Shown here piece by piece: positions 29,665 to 44,265 of a DNA stretch of 64,000 nucleotides. This stretch comes from Octopus vulgaris (lineage: Eukaryota). Under the pieces are notes generated by a model. That model worked only from the letters and a program-made list of their open reading frames with translations. It was not told where the DNA came from and searched no databases. The position numbers and the translations under genes are program-made. The stretch covers positions 34,286,001-34,350,000 of the forward strand of contig OX597842.1 of the NCBI GenBank assembly GCA_951406725.2, in the 5' to 3' direction. Each line of letters opens with the position of its first letter. The first letter of the stretch is position 1.

Positions 29665-30036
29665 TTTATAATTAGGGTTCAGCAACGATTTGCTTCATCA
29701 CATACCGAAGTTTAGAAATAGCAGTCAAAAAATCCTAGCTATTCCTTCCACTTTAAAAGGGGCTCCCAGAAAAACTTAAGCTTACCATGAAATGGTCTTT
29801 TTCATGCCGAATTCTACTTGGTGAAATTACTGATTACTTCTTAATTAATTAATAATACGCTTTGTTATTATTTATATATATATATATATAATATAATATA
29901 ATATAATATATTATATATACAATTAAAAAGGATGACCGGCACCACTTTTGCTAAAAATAAGAGCTAAAATAACTCAAAAGCCGCGTAAGCACTGAACTTG
30001 ATGACCGAGAAAGGGAGGAAAGACCGTAGCATAAAT

Positions 30037-30092
30037 AGTCGGATCGCGTTTTCGGATTTCGTTGGAGACCATCTTAATACTCATCAGCGACT
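30037..30092 (-). ncRNA. Type I hammerhead ribozyme motif
   Basis: agtcg-CTGATGA-gtatt..aatcc-GAAA-acgcga-TC-cgact; 5-bp stem I. Confidence 0.62.
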
Positions 30093-30976
30093 CTTAATGC
30101 CTAGGGTTAAACTCAACTACCCCCTGTCAGTCTTATAAGACAAACCGTTACACATTGATATATTTGTATGCATATATATATATATGTGTGTGTATGTGTG
30201 TTTGTGTGTGCGTTTGTATGTGTGTGTTTGTGTGTGCGTTTGCATGTGTGTGTTTGTGCGTTTGTGTATGTGTGCGTTTGTGTGTGTCTTTGCGTATGTG
30301 TTTGTGTGTGTTTGTGTATGCGTTTGTGTGTGTTTGTGTGTGTGTATTTGTGTGTGTGTATGTGTGTATTTGTGTGTGTGTATGTGTGTGCATATGTGTG
30401 TGCGCGTGTGTGTGTATTTGTGTATATATGTGCGTGTGTATTTGTGTTTGTATGTGTGTATGTCTGTGTGTATAAGTGTGTATGTGTGTGTGTGCATGTG
30501 TATGTGTCTGTATATTTCTGTGTGTATATGTGTGTATGAGAGTGTGTGCGTGTATGTGTGTAAGAATTCAAGCGTGTACGTCAATAGGAAGTAGGTCTCG
30601 CGTTACGGCTAGACTTTCGAAACCCCTTGATTCCGTAACGCGGAAAAAGGCTGATAAATTCGCAGCCATAGTAACCATGATATTATTAGGTCAATCCTTG
30701 TTAGAATCGGTGAAGCGGAAGATAAATTAATGCCGTTGCTTCGCTTATTTATGAAGCTTCACGTCCGGGGTTCAATTCCCAGGCGGGATCGACTTTGTCT
30801 TTTCATCTTTTCAGGGTTCGGGTCACGTGGGTCTGACTAACTGAAGTACCAGTCGTGTACTGGAGTCGTCGTAATTGATGTTTTTTCTTGCTTCCTTCAA
30901 TTTTTTTGTTTGTATTTTTTGCAAGCCGCCGTTGGATTTGGAAGGCGGGAAAGGATGAGAGAGTTTATGGTTTGTA

Positions 30977-31133
30977 TGCATCATCATCATTATCATCATC
31001 TTTCATCATCACCATCATCACCATCATCATCATCACCATCATCATCCAAACCGTCATCATCATCACCATCATCGTCATCATCACCATCATCATCATCACC
31101 ATCCAAACCGTCATCATCGTCACCCTCATCATC

Positions 31134-31165
<32 letters not shown>

Positions 31166-31378
31166 CATCATCTTTATCATCATCATCATCATCATCACCA
31201 TCATCATCACCGTCATCATCATCATCATCATCACCGTCATCATCACCATCATCATCACCGTCATCATCATCATCATCCTCCTCATCATCATCGTCATCTT
31301 TATCATCATCATCATCATCATTATCATCATCATCTTTCATCATCATCATCATCATCATCATCACCATCCAAACCGTCG

Positions 31379-31411
<33 letters not shown>

Positions 31412-31575
31412 CCATCATCAATGTCGTCATCATCATCGTCATCATCATCATCGTCATCGTCATCATCATCATCATCATCATCGTCGTCGTTGTCGCCGTC
31501 ATCATCATGATTATCATCAATGTCACCTCCTCCTCCTCCTCCCCCTTCTCCGCCTCATCATCATCATCACTATCG
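30977..31575. repeat. (CAT)n array
   Basis: Direct inspection. Confidence 0.95.
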
Positions 31576-32057
31576 TCATCCTATCACAGCACCGCACACA
31601 CACAAGTGCCGCCGCCAACGCCGACGCCACCAAGCGCCTGCTCCGCAGACGAAGTTCCCCCGCACCGCCAACACCACCACCCCCATAACCATCATAATTA
31701 TCATTAATTAATATTTATGATACCCTGGCATCCCCCACCACACCACCACAACCCACTCCTCCGTCTCCCCCCTCACTTACCCCCTGCCTGCCTGCCTGTC
31801 TGCCCGCTCTATCCTGCCGCCCCTCCGTTCGATCGCTTGCCACCACCCGGATCCAGTATCGGCTTCGACCCACTCCCCACACCCCACACACACTCTCCCT
31901 CCCCCGGCTCCGGCTCCGACGAATTCAGGTAGTTTCACGTCTCACTGACTCCAGAAATTTTCTACGTCAGTGAATCTGTGAGCGAGTTCGAGTCCCAGGA
32001 TGGTAATTCCGTCCTCGATGCTGTTTTTGGAGAGAGTGCATCCGTGAATATATATAT

Positions 32058-32107
<50 letters not shown>

Positions 32108-32481
32108 ACAGTTACATAGATATATCTATGTTTATACAAATATATATATGTATATTCATATATACATGCATATATATATATATATACATACCAATATATA
32201 TACATACATATATATATATGTATATTCATATATACATGCATATATATATATATATATACATACCAATATATATACATACATATAAATATATGTATATATA
32301 TATACATATATATATGTGTGTGTGTGTGTGTGTGTATGTAAGTATATTAATATAAAGATATCCATATATATATATATTATATTATATTATATTATGTTAA
32401 TATATGTATAACATAAATGTGTTTATTTATGTGTATATAATACGATATAGCATAATATAATTATATATATATATATATATA

Positions 32482-32538
<57 letters not shown>

Positions 32539-32752
32539 CTGTATGTATGTATGTATGTATGTATGTATGTATGTATGTATGTATGTATGTATGTATGTAT
32601 GTATATATGGGTGGGTGAGTGTGTTAGAGTTGTCGGTCATGGCTATATAATGTACTTCTGGAAGAACTTGGTTTGCTGGGAGAGATGGGGCGAGGAACGG
32701 CTGGGGCGGGAGAGAAACTGTGGTCAGTGGTGGTAGATGGGTGACTAGTATA

Positions 32753-32797
<45 letters not shown>

Positions 32798-32903
32798 ACT
32801 ATATATATGCATATGTAAATATGTAGGTTTCTATGTGTATTGAAGTATGTTTAAATTTATATGTACATTTATGTATACATAGATATATGTGAGTGATTAT
32901 GTA

Positions 32904-32942
<39 letters not shown>

Positions 32943-33152
32943 AGACACAAACATACATAAAGACGTGTATGTAAGCATATGTATGTGTATGTATATAATA
33001 TATATGTGCGTATGTGTGAGTGTGTAAATATATGTACATATACATACGTACGTATGTATATATTGATTTATAGATAGATAGATAGATAGATAGTTTGATA
33101 GATATAGATATAAATGTATATATATATATGTGTATATATACAGATTATACTC

Positions 33153-33183
<31 letters not shown>

Positions 33184-33244
33184 TATATGAGTATAATCTA
33201 TATATATGCGTGTGTGTGTGTGCATATATCTATGTGTACATAAA

Positions 33245-33291
<47 letters not shown>

Positions 33292-33321
33292 GTATATATA
33301 TGCGCGTATATATATATATAC

Positions 33322-33459
<138 letters not shown>

Positions 33460-34303
33460 TTATATATATGTATATACGCATGTGAAAATGCGTATATATG
33501 TATACCGACTGGATGTGTGAGTGTTTTGAACTGTAAGCCACACGCCCAGTCCTTCCGCCACCCCGCAAACTGCAATCCTTCCAGATTCGGCAAACGGGTT
33601 CTTCCGGTTGACTGCATAACAACACAGACTGCAACGCCACCTAGCCACAACCGACACTCGCCAACCTCATAACCCACGACGTCCTGTGATGATGGCTGTG
33701 ATGATGGTGGTGTCGGTGGTGGTTGTGGTGGTGGTGGTGGTGGCGGCAGTGGTGGCGGTGGTGGTAGCGGTGGTGGTGGTGGTGGTGGTGGTGGTGGTGG
33801 TGGTGGTGGTGGTGGTGGTGGTGGTGGTGGTGGTGGTGGTGGTGGTGGTGGTGGTGGTGATGGTAGTGGTGATGATGGTGGTGGTGGTGGTGGTGGTAGT
33901 GGTGGTGGTGGTAGTGGTGGTGGTGGTGTGGTGATAGTATTTTCGCTTTATTTTCCCCAGCTAGTCATGTGACACCTACATCTGGGTTCCCCGCACATTG
34001 GCAGATGGCGAGACTGTCACGGCTGGATTGTCTTTCATTGTGTGATTTCTCCATCAAGACTGACTTCGGACTAAATAACAACTATAGTTACTTACTACTA
34101 TACTATACATTAGATAATGTAGTCCTAGATACACTATGCCTGAAGGTAAGATGGGATGGTCACAGCTGGAACCTCTTTGATCATGAGCAAAAATATAGAT
34201 GTACCTTTGGATATTATACGTGAACCTATCAATTCATTTCAGCAGAATCTACTGAAATGAATTGATAAGTCCACATATAACATTGCAAGGTACACATTTT
34301 TTG

Positions 34304-34397
34304 TCTCTGATGAAATTTTGCTCATGTCACATAAATGCAAATTTGAAGTACAAATTTGTAACTAAATTATTGAATCTTAATTGAAACGGTTGTAAGA
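34304..34397 (+). ncRNA. Type I hammerhead-like motif in an interspersed element (about 34210-34470)
   Basis: tct-CTGATGA-aatt..aatt-GAAA-cggttg-TA-aga; diverged reverse copy at 59150-59320. Confidence 0.5.
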
Positions 34398-34596
34398 AGC
34401 GAAGACGACCAATTTATTAATAATAAATAATTGTTAACTTCCTTATCTCCATTTTCTTTTCTTCTTTTAAATGTATGTAAGCTATACACACGCGCGCGCA
34501 CACTCACACACTCACATACACATACACACACACATATATATATAAAGTTGTAAATAAAGCATGAAAACCAAACTTGGAATTTCCTTGAGTAATACG

Positions 34597-34645
<49 letters not shown>

Positions 34646-34669
34646 TTGCGTGTTTGTGTCTGTGCTTGT

Positions 34670-35010
34670 CCCCCACTAGTGCTTGACAACTGATGTTGGT
34701 GTGTTTATGTCCCCGTAACTTAGCGGTTCGGCAAAAGAAACAGATAGAATAAGTACTACGCTTACAAAGAATAAGTCCTGGGGTCGATTTTGCTCGACTA
34801 AAGGCGGTGCTCCAGCATGGCCACAGTCAAATGACTGAAACAAATAATAGAGTAAACTTAGTGGTTCGGCAAAAGAGACCGATAGAATAAGTACTAGACT
34901 TACAAAGAATAAGTCCTGGGGTCGATTTGTCCGACGAAAACCGCTCAAGGTGATGCTCCGGCATGGCCGCAGTAAAATGACTGAAACGAATGGAAGAATA
35001 AAAGAACAAA
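34670..35010 (+). mobile_element. SINE family 1, 3' half with duplicated tail
   Basis: Family match. Confidence 0.8.
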
Positions 35011-35314
35011 AGAATGTACGTACACTCGCAACCGCATATCTTTTTTGCTGATTCATTTGAAAATAGGGCGTTGGTTATTATGTCAGTTACAACAGGGTTG
35101 CCTATGATCTTTTGCGTCCTACAGAAAAAGCGCGCAAGTAGTAAGCCAGTAGCGTTACTACGTCATCCTGATGATGAGGCCGGGCAGTTCTGGAAACGTT
35201 AATAGATTCCAGACCGCAAATGCAGAAACGAAATACATAACGAATTAACAAGGACATATGAAAATTTCATTATAAAAAAGATGATCTTCGAAAGTTTATA
35301 TATGTATGTATATA

Positions 35315-35583
35315 GGCAGGCATGGCCAAGTGGTTAGGCTGGTGCACTCACGATCGCTAGATCGAACGTTCGATTCCGAGACTGGGTGATGTGTTGTGAT
35401 TTTAAGCAAAAAAATAAAAATTCTTTCCACGTTGCTCCAGTCCCTGGTGGTGGTGGTTGGGATGTTGCCCTACCCGCCTAACCAGCAAGGTGACGTCATT
35501 CAAGGAATAAAACGAAGTAAGCGCATTGTGACCAGCGATGTGTTACAATATCTGATAGTCTCGTCGTTCAAGTGATCACGTCA
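35315..35583 (+). mobile_element. Diverged tRNA-SINE with CORE-like body plus tail 2
   Basis: TGGCCAAGTGG / GTTCGATTCC boxes; cacgttgctccagtcc shared with 40285-40610; tail 2. Confidence 0.7.
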
Positions 35584-35883
35584 TATAAATACGCATGCAT
35601 ACATGTATGCATATAGATATATATATATATATATAAATATGGCTATATATATATATGTGTGTGTGAGTATATATCTATATATGTATGTATACATATATTT
35701 GTAACTGTATTTTATCGGTCTCTGTACGTCGAATAAACCAACAGTAAGCATATATGTATACATAAATATATATATGTGTATATATGTCTAACTAGCTTGT
35801 TATGTTTATATATATGCACATATATATTTATATGCATATACATTTAAATGTATAAACATTTTGTAAACAAATACATATATACC

Positions 35884-35926
<43 letters not shown>

Positions 35927-35927
35927 G

Positions 35928-35979
<52 letters not shown>

Positions 35980-36004
35980 CATATATATATACACACACAC
36001 ACAC

Positions 36005-36042
<38 letters not shown>

Positions 36043-36069
36043 ATGTATATATATATGTATATATATATA

Positions 36070-36132
<63 letters not shown>

Positions 36133-36155
36133 GTATATATATATATATATATATA

Positions 36156-36196
<41 letters not shown>

Positions 36197-36561
36197 ATAT
36201 ATATATGTATATATGTATCGCTCTTTTTCTCTCTCTATTTAACTACATAGCTATATCTCGTTTCCAATCCGTTCCACCGACCCGCCATCACCTTTCCATC
36301 CACTCTCGACAGACAGACAGACAGTTTGACAGCGCTTCGTAACATTTGACAGCTGCACTTATACGCACACACACACAAAAGCACAGATACACACACATAC
36401 ATACAACACATATATACGCGCACACATGCACATACCGACGCAGACACATGTAATGGGCGAAATTCGGCGTAAAGACTTGTCAAACGCCGAAGTCAATCAG
36501 GTGTGATTAGAAACAGGGACATCATCGCACTTTGACTGGCCCTCAACGACTATATATATGC

Positions 36562-36671
<110 letters not shown>

Positions 36672-36813
36672 ATATATAAATACAGACATATTCGCATAAC
36701 GATTAAGCAAACATCCATCCATAGATACATATATATATACCTACAATTACATACACAACGAGCGCTCATACAAACGCAAACATACACATATATATATACA
36801 CACACATTCATAT

Positions 36814-37382
36814 GCAGCCGGCAGAAACGTTAGCACGCCGGGTGAAGTGCTTAGCGGTATTTCGTCTGCCGTTACGTTCTGAGTTCAAATTCCGCTGAGG
36901 TCGACTTTGCCTTTCATCCTTTCGGGGTCGATAAGTACCAGTCATACACTGGAGTCGATGTAATCAACTTAATCCGTCTGTCTGTCCTTGTTTGTCCTCT
37001 CTGTGTTTAGCCCCTTGTGTGTAGTAAAGAAATAGGTATTTCGTCTGCCGCTACGTTCTGAGTTCAAATTCCGCCGAGGTCGACTTTGCCTTTCAGCCTT
37101 TCGCGGTCGATTAAATAAGTACCAGTTATGCACTGGAGTCGATTTAATCGACTTAATCCATTTGTCTGTCCTTGTTTGTCCTCTCTGTGTTTAGCCCCTT
37201 GTGGGTAGTAAAGAAATAGGTAGTTCGTTTGTCCTTGCGTTCTGAGTTCAAATTCCGCCGAGGTCGACTTTGCCTTTCATCCTTTCGGGGTCGATAAATA
37301 AGTACCAGTTACGTCCTGGGATCGATCTAATTGACTGGCCCCCTCCCCCTAAATTTCGGGCCTTTTGCATAGACTAGAAAAG
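36814..37382 (+). mobile_element. SINE family 2 array: head plus 2 A-tailed units plus B-tailed unit
   Basis: Junctions AAATA|GGTA at 37034 and 37218 (184-bp period). Confidence 0.88.
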
Positions 37383-37414
37383 TACATATACACAACCACG
37401 CACATACATATATA

Positions 37415-37518
37415 CATTGTTTGTTCCTTCTCGAGCCATCCCTGGCTCATAAGGGCCGGTTTCCCAGTTTCCTTTGCGTATAGGTTCCCCACCTGGACGG
37501 CATGCCGGTTCGTCGCAA
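37415..37518 (-). mobile_element. Orphan tail 3 module
   Basis: Reverse-complement similarity to 58200-58308. Confidence 0.65.
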
Positions 37519-37965
37519 CATGAGCGCCGAAGTTAAAATTGCTGTTTCGGTTGTGGTAGCCAGTGGTGATGGTTTCGGTGTTAGTAAAAGTGGTAGCAGT
37601 GGCTAAGTCACAAAGCCCCAGTTTTAGTTGTAAAGACAGTACAGGTGCTTGTAATAGTGGTCATGGCAGCGGTGGTGGTGGTGGTGGTGGTTGTTGTGTC
37701 GGTGGTGATGGTGGTGGTGGTGATGGTGGTGGTGGTGGTGGTGGTGGTGGTGATGGTGGTGGTGTTGGCGGCTGTGGTGGTGTTGCTTTTATGATGTTCA
37801 TTTTCAATATTTGCCAATCAAGAAATGGAGCAATTTAATGTAGAGGTCGCTGTTACACGCACGAGTGAACACGATGGTGTGACACGTGTACACAGTACAC
37901 ACACATACACACCTTGTACATATGAGCTATACATATGTATATATTTATATATGTATATATATATA

Positions 37966-38004
<39 letters not shown>

Positions 38005-38033
38005 ATATATGTATGTATATGTATATATATATT

Positions 38034-38105
<72 letters not shown>

Positions 38106-38387
38106 TGCATGCTTACACTTACACACCTCGTCTACTTATGCCCCCTATATGTGTGTGTGTGTGTAAGTACGTATATTCATATATATATGTATGTGTATAT
38201 ATAAATGTATGTCTCTCTCCCTCTTTCTCTCTCCTGCTGTATGTATATATGTGTTTATATGTGTCTGTGTATATGCACGTCTCCTTCTCTCTCTCCCGCT
38301 ATATGTGTGTGTGTGTGCGTGTGTGTGTTTGTGTGTGTGTATTTGTGTGTGTATGTGTGTGTGTGTGTGTGTGTGCGTATGTGTGTT

Positions 38388-38443
<56 letters not shown>

Positions 38444-39208
38444 TGTGTGTGTGTGTGATATAGAACAAAAATAGTGAGTTACGGAGTCGGTTCGTCCGAC
38501 TAAAATTCTTCCCCGTGGAGCCCCAGCATGGCCGCAGTCTCATGACTGAAACGAGTTAAAGATAAAAGAAAAATGATAAAAGATGCATGCCAATCTTCGT
38601 TAATATATCAATTCGCAGAAGAGATATCCAGAACAAGGGAGGTGGTGTGGTGCTGACCTGATATGAGACACTATGGGTGGTCGCCTTTACACACAATAGT
38701 GCATCTCTCCCCGTTACATCCCATTACCTCGTAGCACCCGTCACTAAGACCATGCGCCAGGCAGACCTGTCAGCTGACGAAGGGTTAAGAGTCACAATCT
38801 CCTGCAGAGCTCATTAGCGGACGGCGGGAACGCAGGTTGAGACGGGGGTCTGGGCGGCGGGGAATTATAAGTTGATGGATTTCAAGGAGGTTTTGGTTGT
38901 AGCTATGGAACAAAAACGAGGCATACTTGTGGCCGAGATGGCGGAAGTAGAGGAGCAGCGGAAAGAGGTGTTTGTTGTGAAGATGATATACCGGAAGTAA
39001 TAAACTACGTTATTGTATTCATGTGTTGTGTGCGCATGTGTTGCGAGGTATTGAATAGATATATGTGTGTATGTGATGTGTGTGTGCATGTATGTATGGT
39101 CCTTCAATTCTGTATATAAATGAACACCTAGAGATATGCAAAATACGTGCATTTTACATATATGTGTATATGTGCGTTTGTGTGCGCGTGTTTCTGTATG
39201 CGTTTGCG

Positions 39209-39299
<91 letters not shown>

Positions 39300-39384
39300 T
39301 GTATGCATGCATGTATGTATAATTATGTATATATCTAAACAGATAGGTACAGAGAAAAAAGGAGAGATAGACGGACAGACTGAC

Positions 39385-39851
<467 letters not shown>

Positions 39852-39859
39852 TATGTATG

Positions 39860-40070
39860 CTCTTTTACTCTTTTACTTGTTTCAGTCATTTGACTGCGGC
39901 CATGCTGGGGCACCGCCTTTAATCGAGCAACTCGACCCCCGTGACTTATTCTTTTGTAAGTCCAGTACTTATTCTATCGGTCTCTTTTGCCGAACCGCTA
40001 AGTGACGGGGACGTAAACACACCAGCATCGGTTGTCAAGCAATGCTAGGGGGACAAACACAAACACACAA

Positions 40071-40116
<46 letters not shown>

Positions 40117-40275
40117 GACGGACTTCTTTTCAGTTTCCGTCTACCATATCCACTCACAAGGCTTTTGTCGGCCCGAGGCTATAGTAGAAGGCACTTGCCC
40201 AAGGTGCCACGCAGTGGGACTGAACCCGGAACCATGTGGTTGGTAAACAAGCTACTTACCACACAGCCACTCCTG
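39860..40275 (-). mobile_element. SINE family 1
   Basis: Family match. Confidence 0.88.
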
Positions 40276-40284
40276 CAAGCATAT

Positions 40285-40610
40285 TTTAAAGACTCCGCCG
40301 GTTACGACGACGAGGGTCCCAGCTGATACGATCAACGGAACAGCTTGCTCGTGAAATTAACGTGCAAATGGCTGAGCATTCCACAGACACGTGTACCCTT
40401 AACGTAGTTCTCGGGGATAATCAGCGTGACACAGAGAGTGACAAGGCTGACCCTTTGAAATACAAGTACAACTCATTTTTGCCAGCTGAGTGGACTGGAG
40501 CAACGTGAAATAAAGTGTCTTGCTCAAGGACACAACGCGTCGCCGGGAATCGAACTCACAACCTTACGATCATGAGCCGAATGCCCTAACCACTAAGCCA
40601 CGCGCCCTCA
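40285..40610 (-). mobile_element. tRNA-SINE with CORE-like body plus tail 1; 12-bp TSD
   Basis: TSD CTGCAAGCATAT at 40273-40284 and 40611-40622; head gggcgcgtggcttagtggttagggc..gagttcgattccc; gtgtccttgagcaagacac. Confidence 0.85.
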
Positions 40611-40942
40611 CTGCAAGCATATATACATACATACATGTACATAGCTACTTATATATGTATATTTATACATGTATATATGGATACAGGACGTCAAAAAAAA
40701 GGGATTAAAAGGAAAAAGGACCTTTTTTTCGCACAACGAAAGAAACAAACAGAGAAACGAGACAGGTTACATAAAGAACGATCCCTACATCAGTTGTCCC
40801 CTGTTTTATCTACTCCGCGTTTTCGAAGGTAGGGACTCGTACACGCACCCATCTAATAACTGGAAGCAACGGAACCCTTTGCGTTTGTATCTATATGATT
40901 GTCGGGGTTACTTTTCGTGTAATGTATACACGCGTGTGTATA

Positions 40943-40997
<55 letters not shown>

Positions 40998-41075
40998 TCT
41001 TTTACTCTTTACTCTTTTACTTGTTTCAGTCATTTGACTGCGGCCATGCTGGAGCATATATATATATATATATAT

Positions 41076-41124
<49 letters not shown>

Positions 41125-41131
41125 TAGATAT

Positions 41132-41166
<35 letters not shown>

Positions 41167-41177
41167 TACATATATGC

Positions 41178-41242
<65 letters not shown>

Positions 41243-41265
41243 TACATATATGCATATATATATAC

Positions 41266-41318
<53 letters not shown>

Positions 41319-41949
41319 CATATATACATATATATATACATTTATACATATATATATGTATGTATATACGTGTGTATGAGTGTATGTGTGAGTGTTTATG
41401 TATACACACATACATACGCGCACAAACACAAATAGATTATGTGACTATCAACGCATTTCTTATTTATTTATTTATTTACCAAACTGCGTAACGTGCGCCG
41501 TCGCTGTTAGGGGGCGCAGCTGACGGTGTCCCAGCCGCGTGTCTCAACTACTGCCACAGCTGAGACTTGAAATGAGCGGCCATTTTTTTTTTTTTTTTTT
41601 CGTCCGTTCGTTTCTAAGTATTTCCGCCATTTATACACTTTAAACGTGAGGAGAGGGCATGGGCGGGTTGGTGAGTGAGGGGTGGGTGGGTGTTGTAGAC
41701 AGAGTCACGCGTTTCGTTTTGATTGTCAGGAATACGCACACACATACAAAAACACATATACAAACACACACACTCACACATATCTGTAAACGTACCATCG
41801 GATATAACACATACATAATGCTTGATAACAAGCTCGCTTCCCAACCATTTGGTTCCGGGTTCAGTCCCACTACATGACTTTGAGCAAGTATCTTCTACTA
41901 CAGCTTCGAGCAGTTCAAAGCCTTTAGAGTGAATTTGGTATATATATAT

Positions 41950-42420
41950 TACTTTTACTTTTTACTTGTTTCAGTCATGTGACTGTGGCCATGCTGGAGC
42001 ACCGCTTTTAGTCGAGCAAATCGACACCAGGACATATTCTTTGTAAGACTAATACTTATTCTATCGGTCTCTTTTGCCGAACCGCTAAGTTACGGGGACG
42101 TAAACACACCAGCATCGGTTGTCAAGCGATGTTGGGGGGACAAACACAGACACGCAAACATTTATACACACACTCACATATATATATATACATATATACG
42201 ACGGGCTTCTTTCAGTTTCCATCTACCAAATCTACTCACAAGGCTTTGGTCGACCCGAGGCTATAAAAGAAGACATCTGCCCAAGGTGCCACGCAGTGGG
42301 AATGAAACCATAACCATGTGGTTGGGAAGAAACTTGCTCAAGGTGCCATGCAGTGGGACCGAACTCGGAACCATGCGGTTGGGAATCTAGCTTCTTACCA
42401 CGGATCCACACCACGCCTAT
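41950..42420 (-). mobile_element. SINE family 1 with duplicated head segment
   Basis: Family match. Confidence 0.85.
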
Positions 42421-42609
42421 GTATGTATGTGTGTAAGTGTAGATATGTGTTCGTGTGTGCGTGCAATGTGTAGGTGTGTGTGTATGTGTGTGTGTGTGTG
42501 TGTGTGCCGCACAACTCCGTCTGGCCTCTCAGCTCCGCCGCGGGTAGTCAGGGACAAAACCCCAGCTGACGGCACTTCTTCTGCCCAATAAAACTCCATA
42601 GAACCCCAA

Positions 42610-42720
42610 ACCGGAAATCACTATCCAGCTCTTTAATTCTTGTTCCGGTAGCCATAAGGATTCCGGGAATTTTGAAGGGGAACTTCTCTGGGGACCCCCT
42701 GCTCGGACTGGAAAAGACCC
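42610..42720. promoter_or_regulatory. Candidate STAT/NF-kB/ETS motif cluster
   Basis: CCGGAAAT, TTCCGG, TTCCGGGAA, GGGAATTTT, GGGGAACTTC, GGGGACCCCC and GGAAAAGACCC within 110 bp of unique sequence. Confidence 0.35.
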
Positions 42721-42809
42721 TGGCATCGATTGCTCTTTTAAACTTCAACGACGTACGGAAGAACCCTACCGCGACCACCACCACTAATACTACAACTACT
42801 ACAACTATT

Positions 42810-43403
42810 GAGCTGGCAGAAACGTTAGCACGTCGGGCGAAATGCTTAGCGGTATTTTGTCTGCCGTTACGTTGTGAGTTCAAATTCCGCCGAGGTCGAC
42901 TTTGCCTTTCATCCTTTCGGGGTCGATAAATTGAGTACCAGTTACACACTGGGGTCGATGTAATCGACTTAATATCTATGTCTGTCCTTGTTTGTCCCCT
43001 CTATGTTTAGCCCCTTGTGGGTAATAAAGAAATAGGTATTTTGTCTGCCGTTACGTTGTGAGTTCAAATTCCGCCGAGGTCGACTTTGCCTTTCATCCTT
43101 TCGGGGTCGATACATTAAGTACCAGTTACACACTGGGGTCGATGTAATCGACTTAATATCTATGTCTGTCCTTGTTTGTCCCCTCTATGTTTAGCCCCTT
43201 GTGGGTAATAAAAAAATAGGTATTTCGTCTGCCGTTACGTTGTGAGTTCAAATTCCGCCGTGGTCGACTTTGCCTTTCATCCTTTCGGGGTCGATAAATT
43301 AAGTACCAGTAACGCACTGGGGTCGATGTAATCGATTTAAATCCCTTTATCTGTCCTTGTTTGTCCCCTCTATGTTTAGCCCCTTGTGGGTAATAAAGAA
43401 ATA
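42810..43403 (+). mobile_element. SINE family 2 array: head plus 3 A-tailed units
   Basis: Junctions at 43034 and 43218 (184-bp period). Confidence 0.88.
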
Positions 43404-43642
43404 TATTACAGCTACTACTACGATTACTACCACTTCCACTACTACTACCTGAACTACTACTACCTGAACTACTACTAAACTACTGCTGCTGCAGGAAAAA
43501 ATAGTATAGGTCTTTAAAAGATCGATAATACGTTGGACTGCAGTAATAACTTTTGATGTGAAAACATGGTTTCTGGGATCAAATTCCCTCAGCGGGACTG
43601 TTTGAGTTTTTCTTTTGTTTTTGTTTTTTTACGTATATACAT

Positions 43643-43811
43643 TATAATCCCTCGCCATATCGCGGTTCACTTATCGCGGTTCACTGATCGCGGTTTATTA
43701 TTTAAGTTTATGTCGATTCCTCCGTGATGGTCTTTTGTATTTATAATAAAATTCATATATGCAAATTATGAAAATAATTAAAAAATTATATGCAGTATAT
43801 AATTATACAGT
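43643..43811. mobile_element. Tigger/pogo-like terminal fragment
   Basis: taatccctcgccatatcgcggttcacttatcgcggttcac resembles Tigger-type termini (recalled, not searched). Confidence 0.5.
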
Positions 43812-43971
43812 AGGCGCAGGAGTGTGGTAAGTAGCTTGCTTAGAAACCACATGGTTCTGGGTTCATTCCCACTGCGTGGCACCTTGGGCAAGTGTCTTCT
43901 ACTATAGCTTCGGGCCGACCAAAGTCTTGTGAGTGGATTTGGTAGACGGAACCTGAAAGAAGCCCGTCGTA

Positions 43972-44069
<98 letters not shown>

Positions 44070-44265
44070 GTGTCATCCCCCCCAACATCGCTTGACAACC
44101 GATGCTGGTGTGTTACGTCCCTGTAACTTACCGGTTCGGCAAAAAAGACCGATTGAATAAGAACTAGGCTTACAAAAAATAAGTCCTGAGGTCGATTTTC
44201 TCGACTAAAGGCAGTGCTCCAGCATGGCCACATTCAAATGACTGAAACAAGTAAAAGAGTAAAAG
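43812..44265 (+). mobile_element. SINE family 1, full length
   Basis: Family match. Confidence 0.88.

Noticed and set aside
35165-35205. CTGATGATGAgg..GAAACGTT hammerhead-like motif
   Set aside because: Stems I and II pair poorly; not called
40780-40835. Minus-strand GAAAACGCG...CTGATGT motif
   Set aside because: Core mutated and topology unclear
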